Assembly (NCBI GenBank): GCA_046541355.1
Contig: JBKHDM010000001.1
Span: 1,014-65,013 of the forward strand
Length of the DNA: 64,000 nt
Source of the DNA: Spirochaetaceae bacterium
GTDB taxonomy: Bacteria > Spirochaetota > Spirochaetia > DSM-27196 > Alkalispirochaetaceae
Direction of reading: 5' to 3'
Part shown: positions 17,531 to 26,313 of the stretch, piece by piece
How the letters are laid out: every line of letters starts with the position of its first letter
Position numbering within the stretch: the stretch's first letter is position 1
The notes under the pieces: generated by a model
Database searches by the model: none
What the model was told of the DNA's origin: nothing
The model's input: only the letters and a program-made list of their open reading frames with translations
Translations under genes and position numbers: made by a program

Positions 17531-17552
17531 ACTGTCCTCCACCCTGGGGATA
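17531..17552. repeat. Solo copy of the 22-nt repeat ACTGTCCTCCACCCTGGGGATA
   Basis: Identical over 22 nt to the reverse complement of 31881-31902, and over 20 nt to 31745-31764. It is intergenic. Confidence 0.8.
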
Positions 17553-17558
17553 TCGCCT

Positions 17559-18269
17559 CTACCACGCCCGAGGCTTACCCTCGTAGAAGAACCCCCCGGT
17601 CCCCCGGCCCAACTCACCGAGGGCGACCTCCAGGATATCCGCCGCGGCGGATTCCGGGCTCTTGGTGGCGGAGGCTCCCCCCATATCCGTTGCGACCCAT
17701 CCGGGGTCCACGGCGTTGACCGTCACTTCTGCAGGAAGCTCCCGGGCCAGGGTGAGCGTAAGCGCGTTGAGGGCTACTTTGCTTATGGCGTAGGGCCCGG
17801 GTCCGAGGCCCTCGCCAAAGGATGCCCAGCCGCTGCTTACGTTTATGATGCGCCCCCTGCCCCGACCGACCATCCCCGGGGCAAAGGCGCGAACGAGACG
17901 CAGGGGACCGTAGAGATTCGTCTCGATGCTCCTTGCCACCGGGTCATCAGCCGCGGCGGTCACATCCGGAGGTAGGAGGAGGGGATCTTCGAGAAGAATC
18001 CCCGCATTGTTGAACAGCAGATCCACCCCCCGGGAGCCGAGCTGGTCCGCCGCGGCGGCCACCGACTCGCCGCTTCTCACATCCAGGGCAATCGGTATCA
18101 CCTCCCCCACTCCCCGCTCCCTGAGGGCAGCCGAGACGGTCTCGGCCATGCGCATATCCCGGGCTCCGAGATATACGGTGAAGCCCCTCGCGGCGAGAGC
18201 CTCGACCAGAGCACGGCCGATCCCCCGGTTGCCGCCGCTGACCAGGGCGAGGTCCAGATCTGCTGTCAT
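17559..18269 (-). CDS. SDR-family oxidoreductase
   Basis: An internal ATG at 18269 gives MTADLDLALVSGGNRGIGRA (the TGxxxGIG cofactor motif). Also NNAG and YAISK active-site motifs. Confidence 0.85.
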   Translation of the reverse strand: MTADLDLALVSGGNRGIGRALVEALAARGFTVYLGARDMRMAETVSAALRERGVGEVIPIALDVRSGESVAAAADQLGSRGVDLLFNNAGILLEDPLLLPPDVTAAADDPVARSIETNLYGPLRLVRAFAPGMVGRGRGRIINVSSGWASFGEGLGPGPYAISKVALNALTLTLARELPAEVTVNAVDPGWVATDMGGASATKSPESAAADILEVALGELGRGTGGFFYEGKPRAW

Positions 18270-18311
18270 ACTATCAACTATATGTAGCTGCGTATGCCGG
18301 GGCAACAGGCG

Positions 18312-18968
18312 TCAGAGGTAGCGGTATACTCCGTGGAAGAAGGCGCCGCTTCCGGCGAGGACGAAGCAGTGCCAGATCGCGTGATAGAAGGGCACGCCCT
18401 TGAGGGCGTAAACAACCGTGCCGAGCGTGTAAAACAGCCCCCCGGCGAGCATGGAGTAAAAGAGCCCTGGAGGCAGAATCTCGAGTATCTCAGGAAAGCG
18501 GATCGCCGCAAGCCAGCCCATCGCCAGATAGAAGAGGACCTGAAGCACCTTGAAACGGCCCCAGAAGATGATCTTGAAGGCGATTCCGACCACGGCGAGG
18601 ACCCAGACCGCGTAGAGGGTTCGTCGTGCCCAGGGAGCGTCAATACTCGCCATGATCGGCGTGTAGGTCCCGGCGATCAGCAGATAGATCGACATATGGT
18701 CACCGATCCGAAAGATCCGTTTCCAGGTTCCTCCGGATGAGAGGTGGTAGAGGGTAGAGGCGGTGTAGAGAAGCACCATCGACAGGCCGAATACCAGATG
18801 TGGCCAGTCCGGTTCGTAGCGTCGCAGCAGCAGAATAAGTGCGACCGGTGAGAGCAGCGCAGCGACTCCGTGGGTCGCCGCGTTGGCCCACTCCTCCTTC
18901 GGTGAGTCGTGGGTGTGGAGGGTAATGTGACGTTCGAGCCAGCTCGACGTACTGGATGTTTCCGGCAT
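18312..18968 (-). CDS. Hemolysin III / PAQR family membrane protein
   Basis: 218 aa with 7 TM segments. N-terminal EEWANAATH, DHMSIYLLIAGTYTP and a C-terminal HAIWH motif are typical of this family. Confidence 0.85.
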   Translation of the reverse strand: MPETSSTSSWLERHITLHTHDSPKEEWANAATHGVAALLSPVALILLLRRYEPDWPHLVFGLSMVLLYTASTLYHLSSGGTWKRIFRIGDHMSIYLLIAGTYTPIMASIDAPWARRTLYAVWVLAVVGIAFKIIFWGRFKVLQVLFYLAMGWLAAIRFPEILEILPPGLFYSMLAGGLFYTLGTVVYALKGVPFYHAIWHCFVLAGSGAFFHGVYRYL

Positions 18969-19098
18969 GGTCGGCAGTGTAACCGGGATCGACCGCGTGT
19001 AGCTACGCCGCGGACCGCAGTAGAGCGAGGATAGTATAGTAATGAGAAGGAAAAACCGCTATATTCAGGATTATAGATTCTTCTGTCAGGAGCGCTTG

Positions 19099-19494
19099 AT
19101 GAGCAGATTGATACCGATTCTTCTAGCCGTGACCGTCGTGCTCTTTCTCGCTGCCCGGCTCGCGGCACAGCAGACCACCGACCCCTCCCTCAACCGCTAC
19201 GCAACCCCCGATGGCCTCAAAGAGCTTATCGAGAGCGAGGATAAACCTTACCTGCTCGTCGACGTTCGCACCGCCGCCGAGTACAACGGGGGCCACATAC
19301 CCACGGCGATTAACGTCCCCTTTCAGACAATCGGCGAGTCCCTCCCGGAGACCGAGGGTGATCCAATACTTATCGTCTACTGCAGAACCGGCCGCCGCTC
19401 GGGGGTCGCCTTCCGCACCCTCAAAAACCAGGGATACGAGCGGGTCGTAGACTTTGGGGGTATCCTCCGCTGGGAGGGTGAGATCGAGGGGTAG
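19099..19494 (+). CDS. Secreted single-domain rhodanese
   Basis: An internal ATG at 19099 (AGGAG 7 nt upstream) gives the signal peptide MSRLIPILLAVTVVLFLAARLAAQ. Active-site loop CRTGRRS. Confidence 0.8.
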   Translation: MSRLIPILLAVTVVLFLAARLAAQQTTDPSLNRYATPDGLKELIESEDKPYLLVDVRTAAEYNGGHIPTAINVPFQTIGESLPETEGDPILIVYCRTGRRSGVAFRTLKNQGYERVVDFGGILRWEGEIEG

Positions 19495-19496
19495 GA

Positions 19497-19820
19497 CTAC
19501 TCCTCGACCGGGTAGCCCGCCTCCTTCCAGGCGGCCTTCCCCCCCTCAAAGTCATAGACATTGGCAAAGCCCATCTTTTCGAGTTTCTCTGCGGCTATAA
19601 CGCTCGCCCGACACGCCTCATCGTGACAGTAGACGACGATCTCCTCCTCGGGAGCAAACCGCTCCTTCGCCTCCCTGCCAATCTTGTTAAAATGGATGTT
19701 TATCGCCCCCGGTAGGTGCCACTCCTCATATTCCTTCGGCATGAGGGTCTCAACGAGATGAAACCGCTCTCCTCGGTCGAGCTTCCCCTTTACGGTTTCG
19801 GCGTCAATAGATTTGGGCAT
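19497..19820 (-). CDS. Cytoplasmic single-domain rhodanese
   Basis: 107 aa with a rhodanese fold and the active-site loop CHDEACRAS. Confidence 0.8.
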   Translation of the reverse strand: MPKSIDAETVKGKLDRGERFHLVETLMPKEYEEWHLPGAINIHFNKIGREAKERFAPEEEIVVYCHDEACRASVIAAEKLEKMGFANVYDFEGGKAAWKEAGYPVEE

Positions 19821-19930
19821 GATCTGTCTCCATCTTCAAAAGCTATCGGTTCCTCCCGGGGCAGTCAAATCAGCCTCCGAGGGAGTAGGGCCGCCGGAAG
19901 GGCTACTGCCGCGACGCCGCAGGAGAGCAA

Positions 19931-19945
19931 AGAGAGAGAGAGAGA
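19931..19945. repeat. (AG)7 dinucleotide microsatellite
   Basis: agagagagagagaga, located inside a 310-nt spacer that has no gene. Confidence 0.9.
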
Positions 19946-20130
19946 TCAGGATGCTTGTCACCGCGAGGACCTCGGAACCCCGGGGGAGGAACGATGCTGA
20001 TCAGCGGCTGCCCCGCACCCTTCGCGGCGAGGTAGACCAGGGTGAAGTTCGAAGCGAACGAAAGAGCATCCAGGCGACCTGCTCTGTTACCGGGAGGTGA
20101 GGGCGCGACCGATCCCGTCCCGTGGCCCCC

Positions 20131-21444
20131 TCACTCCGGACGGTTCGCCCCGAGGGCCGAAAGGATGAGGATCAGCGCGAGAAGAGAACAACTCAGGGCG
20201 ACCACGGCGTAGCCCCCGGTGATGTCCCGGCCTGCACTGAAGATGTAGGGCCCGACGGCAGTACCCGCGACGGTTAGGGAGAAGGCGAAGCCACTTATCG
20301 CGCCGAGGTGGGGGCGCCCGAAAAACCGGGGCCAGGTGACATTGGAGACGATGCCGAACATGCCCTGGGAGATTCCCTGTCCGGCGATCACCCCCGCCAC
20401 CGGCAGACCGGGTGCGAGAACAGCTACGGAGATGGTGAGAATCACCACCCCCGTGAGCTGGAGGATCGCAAAGTACTTTAGTTTGATGTAGTCCGAGAGG
20501 TAGCTTCCTGCAAACTCAAAGATGACCGCCACCACCGCCGCCGGAAAGAAGACCGAAACAGCCGTGCTACGCGCCATGCCGGCGGCGTCAAAGATGGAGA
20601 CGATGTGGAAGGTGTAGGCCGTGACCACCAGACCGCCGAGAAAGAGGGTGAAGGCGAATACCCAGAAGGTGTAGGTCCTCCTCGCCTCCCTGAGGGTAAA
20701 GGCTCGCCCCGCCCTCGCCTCGGGGTGAGTCTTTCTGCTCTTTCCCCGCAGGGGTCCATCGGGCAACAGACCGTGAGCCTCCGGGGTATCCCGATAGAGC
20801 AGGAAGGCGAGCAGACCGAAGAGGGCAACCGCCGCCGCGAGAACCCGCCAGGCGCCCTGCCAGCTGAAGTTCCGGATCAGGTCGTCAAAGAGTCGAGGAG
20901 CGTAGGAGAAGCCTAAGGAGATGGACACCCCCATTACCGCATTTGCCACTCCCCTGCGCTCGACAAACCACTCCATGACCATGTTTCGGGAGGCGAGGGT
21001 GAGCATCCCCTGGCCGGAGAAGCGCAGCAGAAAAAACCCCCCGGAGATGAGAAAAAAGGTAAAAAGGGGAACCCCAAGGCGTGCGGCAACGGCGGGGGCC
21101 AGGGTGAGTCCGACCAGCACGATGGCGAGGAGCGCCGATGCAGCTGTGGCGACGAGACGTCCCCCGAAATGGTCGTAGAGGCGCCCTGCCTGTGCAAGGA
21201 GCAGGGCGCTGCCGACCGTGCCGATGAGATAGGCAAAACTGAGCTCGGTGCGGCTCAGGGAGAGCTCCTGGATGAGGAAGTCTGTCAAGACCGATACGCC
21301 GATGGTCTGACCCGGGGAGCTCATGATCATTCCGAGCGTGCCCATGAGCAGGACGCCCCAGCCGTAGAAGAAGGGTAACCGTCGAGGGTCAAAAGGAAAG
21401 CGCCGCAGAGCGCTTGGAGATCCGGGGTGCGATCGGTGTTCCAT
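20131..21444 (-). CDS. MFS transporter
   Basis: 437 aa with about 12 TM segments in a 6+6 arrangement around a basic central loop. Confidence 0.8.
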   Translation of the reverse strand: MEHRSHPGSPSALRRFPFDPRRLPFFYGWGVLLMGTLGMIMSSPGQTIGVSVLTDFLIQELSLSRTELSFAYLIGTVGSALLLAQAGRLYDHFGGRLVATAASALLAIVLVGLTLAPAVAARLGVPLFTFFLISGGFFLLRFSGQGMLTLASRNMVMEWFVERRGVANAVMGVSISLGFSYAPRLFDDLIRNFSWQGAWRVLAAAVALFGLLAFLLYRDTPEAHGLLPDGPLRGKSRKTHPEARAGRAFTLREARRTYTFWVFAFTLFLGGLVVTAYTFHIVSIFDAAGMARSTAVSVFFPAAVVAVIFEFAGSYLSDYIKLKYFAILQLTGVVILTISVAVLAPGLPVAGVIAGQGISQGMFGIVSNVTWPRFFGRPHLGAISGFAFSLTVAGTAVGPYIFSAGRDITGGYAVVALSCSLLALILILSALGANRPE

Positions 21445-21462
21445 GGGAGGGCAGAGGCTACA

Positions 21463-23784
21463 TCATTTCGGTGATGCGCCGCTACCGGGGAGATCGAACA
21501 TCAGCTCCATCCGGAAGCCGGGCCCCGGTTTCGGCACCACGTGCGCTCCTACCTGACTTGCGAGAAGGCTAACCAGACCGAGGCCGAAGCCGCTGTGACC
21601 AGGATAGATCTTGCTCGCGTCCGCCGGGCCTGAGTCCTGGATAGAGAGGTAGCCGCGGCATCCCTCCTTCCGTGTGGTAATCTGGACCCAGGGATCATCT
21701 CCGGCGGAGTGCTTGATCGAGTTGGCGAGCAGCTCGTTTACCAGGAGCCCGAGGGGCACGGCCTGGGCGATGCTGACCGAGTAGGCGCTCCCGAGGACCT
21801 CCACGCGACAGTGCGCCCCGGTCCCGGCGCGGGCGTAGAGAGAGAGCTCCCGCAGGTAGCCGACAAAGTCGATAGACTCCAGATCATCGGAGCCGTAGAG
21901 CATCTGATGCACCATCGCCATGGAGTCGATACGACTCAGGTTGCTTTCGAACAGCGCCCGGTCCTTCTCTGTTTCCAACGAGTTCATCTGGAGTCTGAGA
22001 AGACTGGAGACCGACTGGAGGTTGTTCTTTACCCGGTGGTGCAGCTCCTGGATGAGGAGCTCCTTCTCCCGGAGGGAGCGGGTAAGCGCCTCCTGGTCCC
22101 TGCGACGTTGGGTGATATCCTCGATGATCGCGAGGAGCCCGACCGTCTGCCCTGCCCTGTTGACAACACTCTTCGCGATTATCCGAAGCAAGAGAGTCCG
22201 CCCCGAGGGGCTGCGGTAGGTGTGCTCGAGCTCCCCAGGCTCATTCGATGCGAGACATTGGGAGAAGAACTCGGAAATCCCCTCCTTTCTCAGAACAGGA
22301 GAGTGCATCAGATTTGCACCGGTGAGCCGGCGGTGCTTAGAGAGCCGAAGCAGGGCAGAGAGCGCGCTGTTCGCCTCGAGAATCGTTCCCCGGGCGTCGG
22401 CAAAGAGTATTCCGATCGGAGCGGTCCTTATCAGACCGCTGAAGCGGGACTCGCTCTCGGCGAGAGCTGAGATCGCCGACTCCCGCTCGCTTATGTCCCG
22501 GACCGATACGCCTAACCGTCCGCCCCCTTCCCGGGAGATGAGGTAGACTGTGACCTCCGCGGGAAAGACGCTCCCGTCCTTTCGCCTCACCGTGGTCGCA
22601 AGGCGGACGGACTCACCAGTTCCACAGTCGCCGCTCATAATGGATTTGATCGCCTCGGGCGGTGCTGTTGTGAAGTGGACGTCGAGGGCTCCCACCGGCA
22701 GGCCGATGAGCTCCTCCCGGGTGTAGCCGGTCTGCCGGCCGGCTGCGGGATTCGCGTCCTGGATGATCCCGTCAAAGCCGTGTATGAGGATGCCGTCACC
22801 GGCGTTCGCGAAGAGCGAGTGAAACCGCCGCTCCTCGTTTCGCAGTCCCTCAGCTGCTTCGTACTCGGCGGTGACGTTCTGCTTCAAACCGACAATAGCG
22901 CTCACCGACCCGTCACTCTCAACGATCGGCGTGATTACCGCCCGCTCCCGATACTCGCTGCCGTCCTTTCTCCGGTTGACAAGCTCGCCCTGCCAGGTCT
23001 CGCCTGCGAGGACGCACTCCCAGAGCTCCCGGTAGAGTGCCGGGTCGTTAGCCCCGGATTTAAGGAAGCGCGGGTTCTTACCACGGACTTCCGCCCCGGT
23101 GTATCCGGTTGTCGCCTCGAAAAAGGGATTGACGTAAATGATAGAGCCGTCGGGGTCGGTTATCATGATGGAAATCGGTGCCTGGATGACGGCGCCGAGG
23201 AGCTGACGGTGGAGCTTCCGGCGGTCGCTCAGCCCGCCCATCACGGTGGGAAGCTCCTCAGGAAGCTGCGACTGCCGTCGCTCGCCGGAGTCGGCTGACC
23301 GGGCGGCTCCTCGGCGCCCGTGCCCGGGGCTCCCGGCCCCCCGACGATCGTTGGGCCCCGGGTTGCCGCAGCAGCCCTCGGGAGCCTCAACGGAGCCGGG
23401 TAGGCCGGGGATACGGTCTGCAGGCTCGATAGCGCCTGCTATATGGCTGCCCCCCTCCTCCCGGATGAGCCGGAGGCGGTAGATAAAAAGCCGGTCTGTT
23501 CCGTCGCCGCACCGGGCGGGATGGCTGAGGATCGCAGACTCTCCGGGATGCAGGGTAGTAACCACCGAGAGGAACCGGGAGCAGGTTGTCAGCGGTGAGC
23601 CCGGGCGAAGTCCCTCAGGCTCCCGATGTCCAGGGAGTCGAGAGAGGTAATCAAGCTGCGGGGTGCCGTCCTGTGCGAGGACGGCACGAAAAAGCAGCGG
23701 CCCGGAGGAGCCGGTGTAAAGCTCCTGAAGTGTGCGCAACTCCTCTGACGCCGGAGCCTCGGGTTTCCGCTCTGTTCGATCCAC
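21463..23784 (-). CDS. Cytoplasmic multi-PAS sensor histidine kinase (HisKA_2/HWE type)
   Basis: 773 aa. Several PAS modules (e.g. ITDPDGSIIYVNPFFEATTGYTGAEVRGKNPRFL), the H-box ELHHRVKNNLQSV, and a C-terminal HATPase. There is no TM segment and no adjacent response regulator. Confidence 0.85.
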   Translation of the reverse strand: MDRTERKPEAPASEELRTLQELYTGSSGPLLFRAVLAQDGTPQLDYLSRLPGHREPEGLRPGSPLTTCSRFLSVVTTLHPGESAILSHPARCGDGTDRLFIYRLRLIREEGGSHIAGAIEPADRIPGLPGSVEAPEGCCGNPGPNDRRGAGSPGHGRRGAARSADSGERRQSQLPEELPTVMGGLSDRRKLHRQLLGAVIQAPISIMITDPDGSIIYVNPFFEATTGYTGAEVRGKNPRFLKSGANDPALYRELWECVLAGETWQGELVNRRKDGSEYRERAVITPIVESDGSVSAIVGLKQNVTAEYEAAEGLRNEERRFHSLFANAGDGILIHGFDGIIQDANPAAGRQTGYTREELIGLPVGALDVHFTTAPPEAIKSIMSGDCGTGESVRLATTVRRKDGSVFPAEVTVYLISREGGGRLGVSVRDISERESAISALAESESRFSGLIRTAPIGILFADARGTILEANSALSALLRLSKHRRLTGANLMHSPVLRKEGISEFFSQCLASNEPGELEHTYRSPSGRTLLLRIIAKSVVNRAGQTVGLLAIIEDITQRRRDQEALTRSLREKELLIQELHHRVKNNLQSVSSLLRLQMNSLETEKDRALFESNLSRIDSMAMVHQMLYGSDDLESIDFVGYLRELSLYARAGTGAHCRVEVLGSAYSVSIAQAVPLGLLVNELLANSIKHSAGDDPWVQITTRKEGCRGYLSIQDSGPADASKIYPGHSGFGLGLVSLLASQVGAHVVPKPGPGFRMELMFDLPGSGASPK

Positions 23785-23907
23785 AGGCTGCCCTCCTCCT
23801 GGCGGTTACGATCAGCTAAGGCGCAATAGATTACCAGTATACTACCAATTGCGTAAAACTGCTGTGAGTTTACTATGCAAAAAACCTGATTAGTGACGCT
23901 CCTGGAG

Positions 23908-24738
23908 CTACTCGGGGCCTGCAACGAGGGGAATACCGGCGAGGATAGCGGTCACGGCGAGGTACTGGGACGGAAGGAGGCTCTCGGAAAAGGCGATGAG
24001 GCCGCCGAGAATCGGAACGAGGATCTGGGAGGCGACAAAGGGGGGAACGACCCGGACCGAGTCTCCCCGGGCGTAGGCAAACTGGCTTGTGAGAAAGGCG
24101 AGGAGGGTGGCGGCAATCCAGACCGCGCTGATCGGGTTGAGGAGTATCGGCGCGTACTCCGAGAGAAACGGTGGCGCCTCGGAGAGATCAACCCCGAGGG
24201 CGCGACCTCTGTCGGTAGTCGCGGCCTCCTGAAAGAGGACTGAAATGCCCGCGAACGCCCCGGCGAGGGCTCCGAGGATCCAGCCGTCCCGCCCCGGAAG
24301 GCGGTATTTGAGGTACCACGCACCGGTGAGCGCCACCGGGAGGGCGACGGAGAGGATGACCAGTCGCCTGAAGTGCGCCTGTCCGGCACTCGCCTCGGGG
24401 GCGAGAAAACCTACGAGGCCGCCGCCGAGGAGAATGAGCACGATCCCCACAACCTGGCGCCGGCCGACAGCCTCCCCGAGGACGTAGTGAGAAAAGATTG
24501 TCATTATCGGAAGCCCCGTCCCCGCCATCGCTCCGACGAGCGATACGTTTCCCATGTTGAGGGCGGCGAGGATCATAAAGAAGGGCAGCGCCGTCCCGAT
24601 CGTGCCGATCCACCAGATCTGCCACCCCCGAGCTCCATCCCCGCGGATCCGGGCGAGCCCCTCCTTCTGGGTTGCCTGGGAGACGTTTAAAATCGCATAG
24701 GCGAGAAAGGCGAGTAAAACCGAGAAGAGGCTCTCCAT
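23908..24738 (-). CDS. DMT-superfamily (EamA/NIPA-like) membrane transporter
   Basis: 276 aa with about 9 TM segments and the glycine-rich TM pattern typical of DMT transporters. Confidence 0.55.
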   Translation of the reverse strand: MESLFSVLLAFLAYAILNVSQATQKEGLARIRGDGARGWQIWWIGTIGTALPFFMILAALNMGNVSLVGAMAGTGLPIMTIFSHYVLGEAVGRRQVVGIVLILLGGGLVGFLAPEASAGQAHFRRLVILSVALPVALTGAWYLKYRLPGRDGWILGALAGAFAGISVLFQEAATTDRGRALGVDLSEAPPFLSEYAPILLNPISAVWIAATLLAFLTSQFAYARGDSVRVVPPFVASQILVPILGGLIAFSESLLPSQYLAVTAILAGIPLVAGPE

Positions 24739-24873
24739 CAGCCTCGACCCCGTCGCCGAAGAGTCCCGCTATCCCGGGGACCCCCTTTTTCCGTAACGAT
24801 AGCTGCCACCTCCAGAGTAGAGTATGTTGCGACTCTTCTCCGATCGACAAATAGGTGGTCCCTGTTGGTTCGG

Positions 24874-25302
24874 CTACGGCTCCCGCTTTTCCGGGGTCTC
24901 GATCGGCAGGGTCACCGGGAGGCGGCTTTCCTTGTAGATGATCTCCATCCTTGGCAGCAGGGAAGCGAGGGCGTCCTCGAGGCGGTCGAGCTTTACCATG
25001 ACGTAGTCGGTGTCATAGGTGGAAAACGCGAGGATGCTCACCCCCGCCTCCGCTAAGGGGGTAAGGATGGAGCTCAGAACACCGGTAAGGGTGAACGCCT
25101 GGGTCCCCGCGACCTTCAGCGCACACCAGCCGGGTTCCTCGGTGACCCCCTCGGGGACGCAGGAGCTCTCGCATAGTACCGATGTCTCCTCCTCACCCTG
25201 AAACTGCTGCAGCAGTCGAGACGCCCGGGCCCAGGCAGGCAGCGGCGAGCCGGCCGGGAGGCGGCAGATCGACAGCTTAAAGGGCAACAGCTCGAGAATC
25301 AT
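24874..25302 (-). CDS. ACT domain-containing protein
   Basis: 142 aa. FTLTGVLSSILTPLAEAGVSILAFSTYDTDYVMV is an ACT-type ligand-binding fold signature. Confidence 0.6.
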   Translation of the reverse strand: MILELLPFKLSICRLPAGSPLPAWARASRLLQQFQGEEETSVLCESSCVPEGVTEEPGWCALKVAGTQAFTLTGVLSSILTPLAEAGVSILAFSTYDTDYVMVKLDRLEDALASLLPRMEIIYKESRLPVTLPIETPEKREP

Positions 25303-25415
25303 ACCGGGCGCCTCCTCTGGCTATCGCCTGTATAGATCACTGCGAGGGTGGGATGCAAGGAGCCTCTTTTTCGTTATACTACCAGCACAGATTCCAGACT
25401 ACTGAGGTGAACATC

Positions 25416-25790
25416 ATGGGCTCAGAGAGCTTTGATCGAGTACACGAGCGGGAACGCGAAAGGCGGCGTCGGGAGGCGCAGGACGCCGCCCAGAAGCGGT
25501 TGGTGAGTAAGGCGCAGCGGATCGCGAACCAGGTAATCAAACACATACTTACCGATTACGAGCCGAAGGAGATCTATCAGGCAGGCTCCCTGGTCGACTC
25601 CGCCAGGTTTACGGAGATCTCGGATATCGATATCGCCGTCCGGGGACTTAGTCCCGAGGAGATCGAGGAGATCGAGGAGTGGGCGGAAGAGAAAAGCAGC
25701 TTTCCCGTCGACCTCATCGACCTCGACCGTGCGGAGGATGTGCACGTAACGTCGGTGGAGAGCGAGGGGCGCCGGGTCTACCCGGAGTAG
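25416..25790 (+). CDS. Minimal nucleotidyltransferase (Pol-beta superfamily, MNT-like)
   Basis: Internal ATG at 25416. The GS...DxD signature is present (QAGSLVDSARFTEISDIDIAV). Confidence 0.7.
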   Translation: MGSESFDRVHERERERRRREAQDAAQKRLVSKAQRIANQVIKHILTDYEPKEIYQAGSLVDSARFTEISDIDIAVRGLSPEEIEEIEEWAEEKSSFPVDLIDLDRAEDVHVTSVESEGRRVYPE

Positions 25791-25824
25791 TCCGGCCCCG
25801 CCTTTTCCCGGGAGTGTAAGCTGC

Positions 25825-26280
25825 CTACTCCCCGGCTGCGGGCTGTGCGGTATCCCCGCCGTCGCCGAGCTCTCGTACGAGAAACGCCCGGCTGCTCGAT
25901 TTGGGATAGTTTGTCTGCTCGAAAACCTTGGTAAAGCCCCGGGCGAGGTAGAACTCGGGAGACTGGAAGCTGAAGGTGTTGAGCCAGGCGTGGGTACAGC
26001 CGGACTGGCGCCCCCGCTCGATCGACCGGTCGAGGAGGAGGGATCCGATCCCCTGCCCTCTTCGATCCTCCCGAACCCAGAGCAGCTCGATGTCGAGCCA
26101 CTGTCCAAAGATCATGCAGGAGATCCCCCCGATCCGCTCGCCGCTCTCGTCGTCGACGGCAAAAAATACAAAGGGCTTCTCCTCGGTCACCTCGAGGAAC
26201 TTGAGGTTGTACTCCTGCAGGTTCTTGCGAATGTACCAGATGTCATCTTTGGAGGGGTTCGGAATAATCTCGATATGCAT
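25825..26280 (-). CDS. GNAT-family N-acetyltransferase
   Basis: 151 aa. Acetyl-CoA motif RRGQGIGSLLL. Confidence 0.85.
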   Translation of the reverse strand: MHIEIIPNPSKDDIWYIRKNLQEYNLKFLEVTEEKPFVFFAVDDESGERIGGISCMIFGQWLDIELLWVREDRRGQGIGSLLLDRSIERGRQSGCTHAWLNTFSFQSPEFYLARGFTKVFEQTNYPKSSSRAFLVRELGDGGDTAQPAAGE

Positions 26281-26313
26281 ACCTCCTAATAGTAGTGTAA
26301 CCCCCGGGCCGGA

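Noticed and set aside
19836-19961. 41-codon GTG-initiated ORF (MTSILISLSLFALLRRRG...) in the long spacer
   Set aside because: The hydrophobic stretch is only about 12 residues, too short for a TM helix. It has a weak start context and partly arises from the CT microsatellite.
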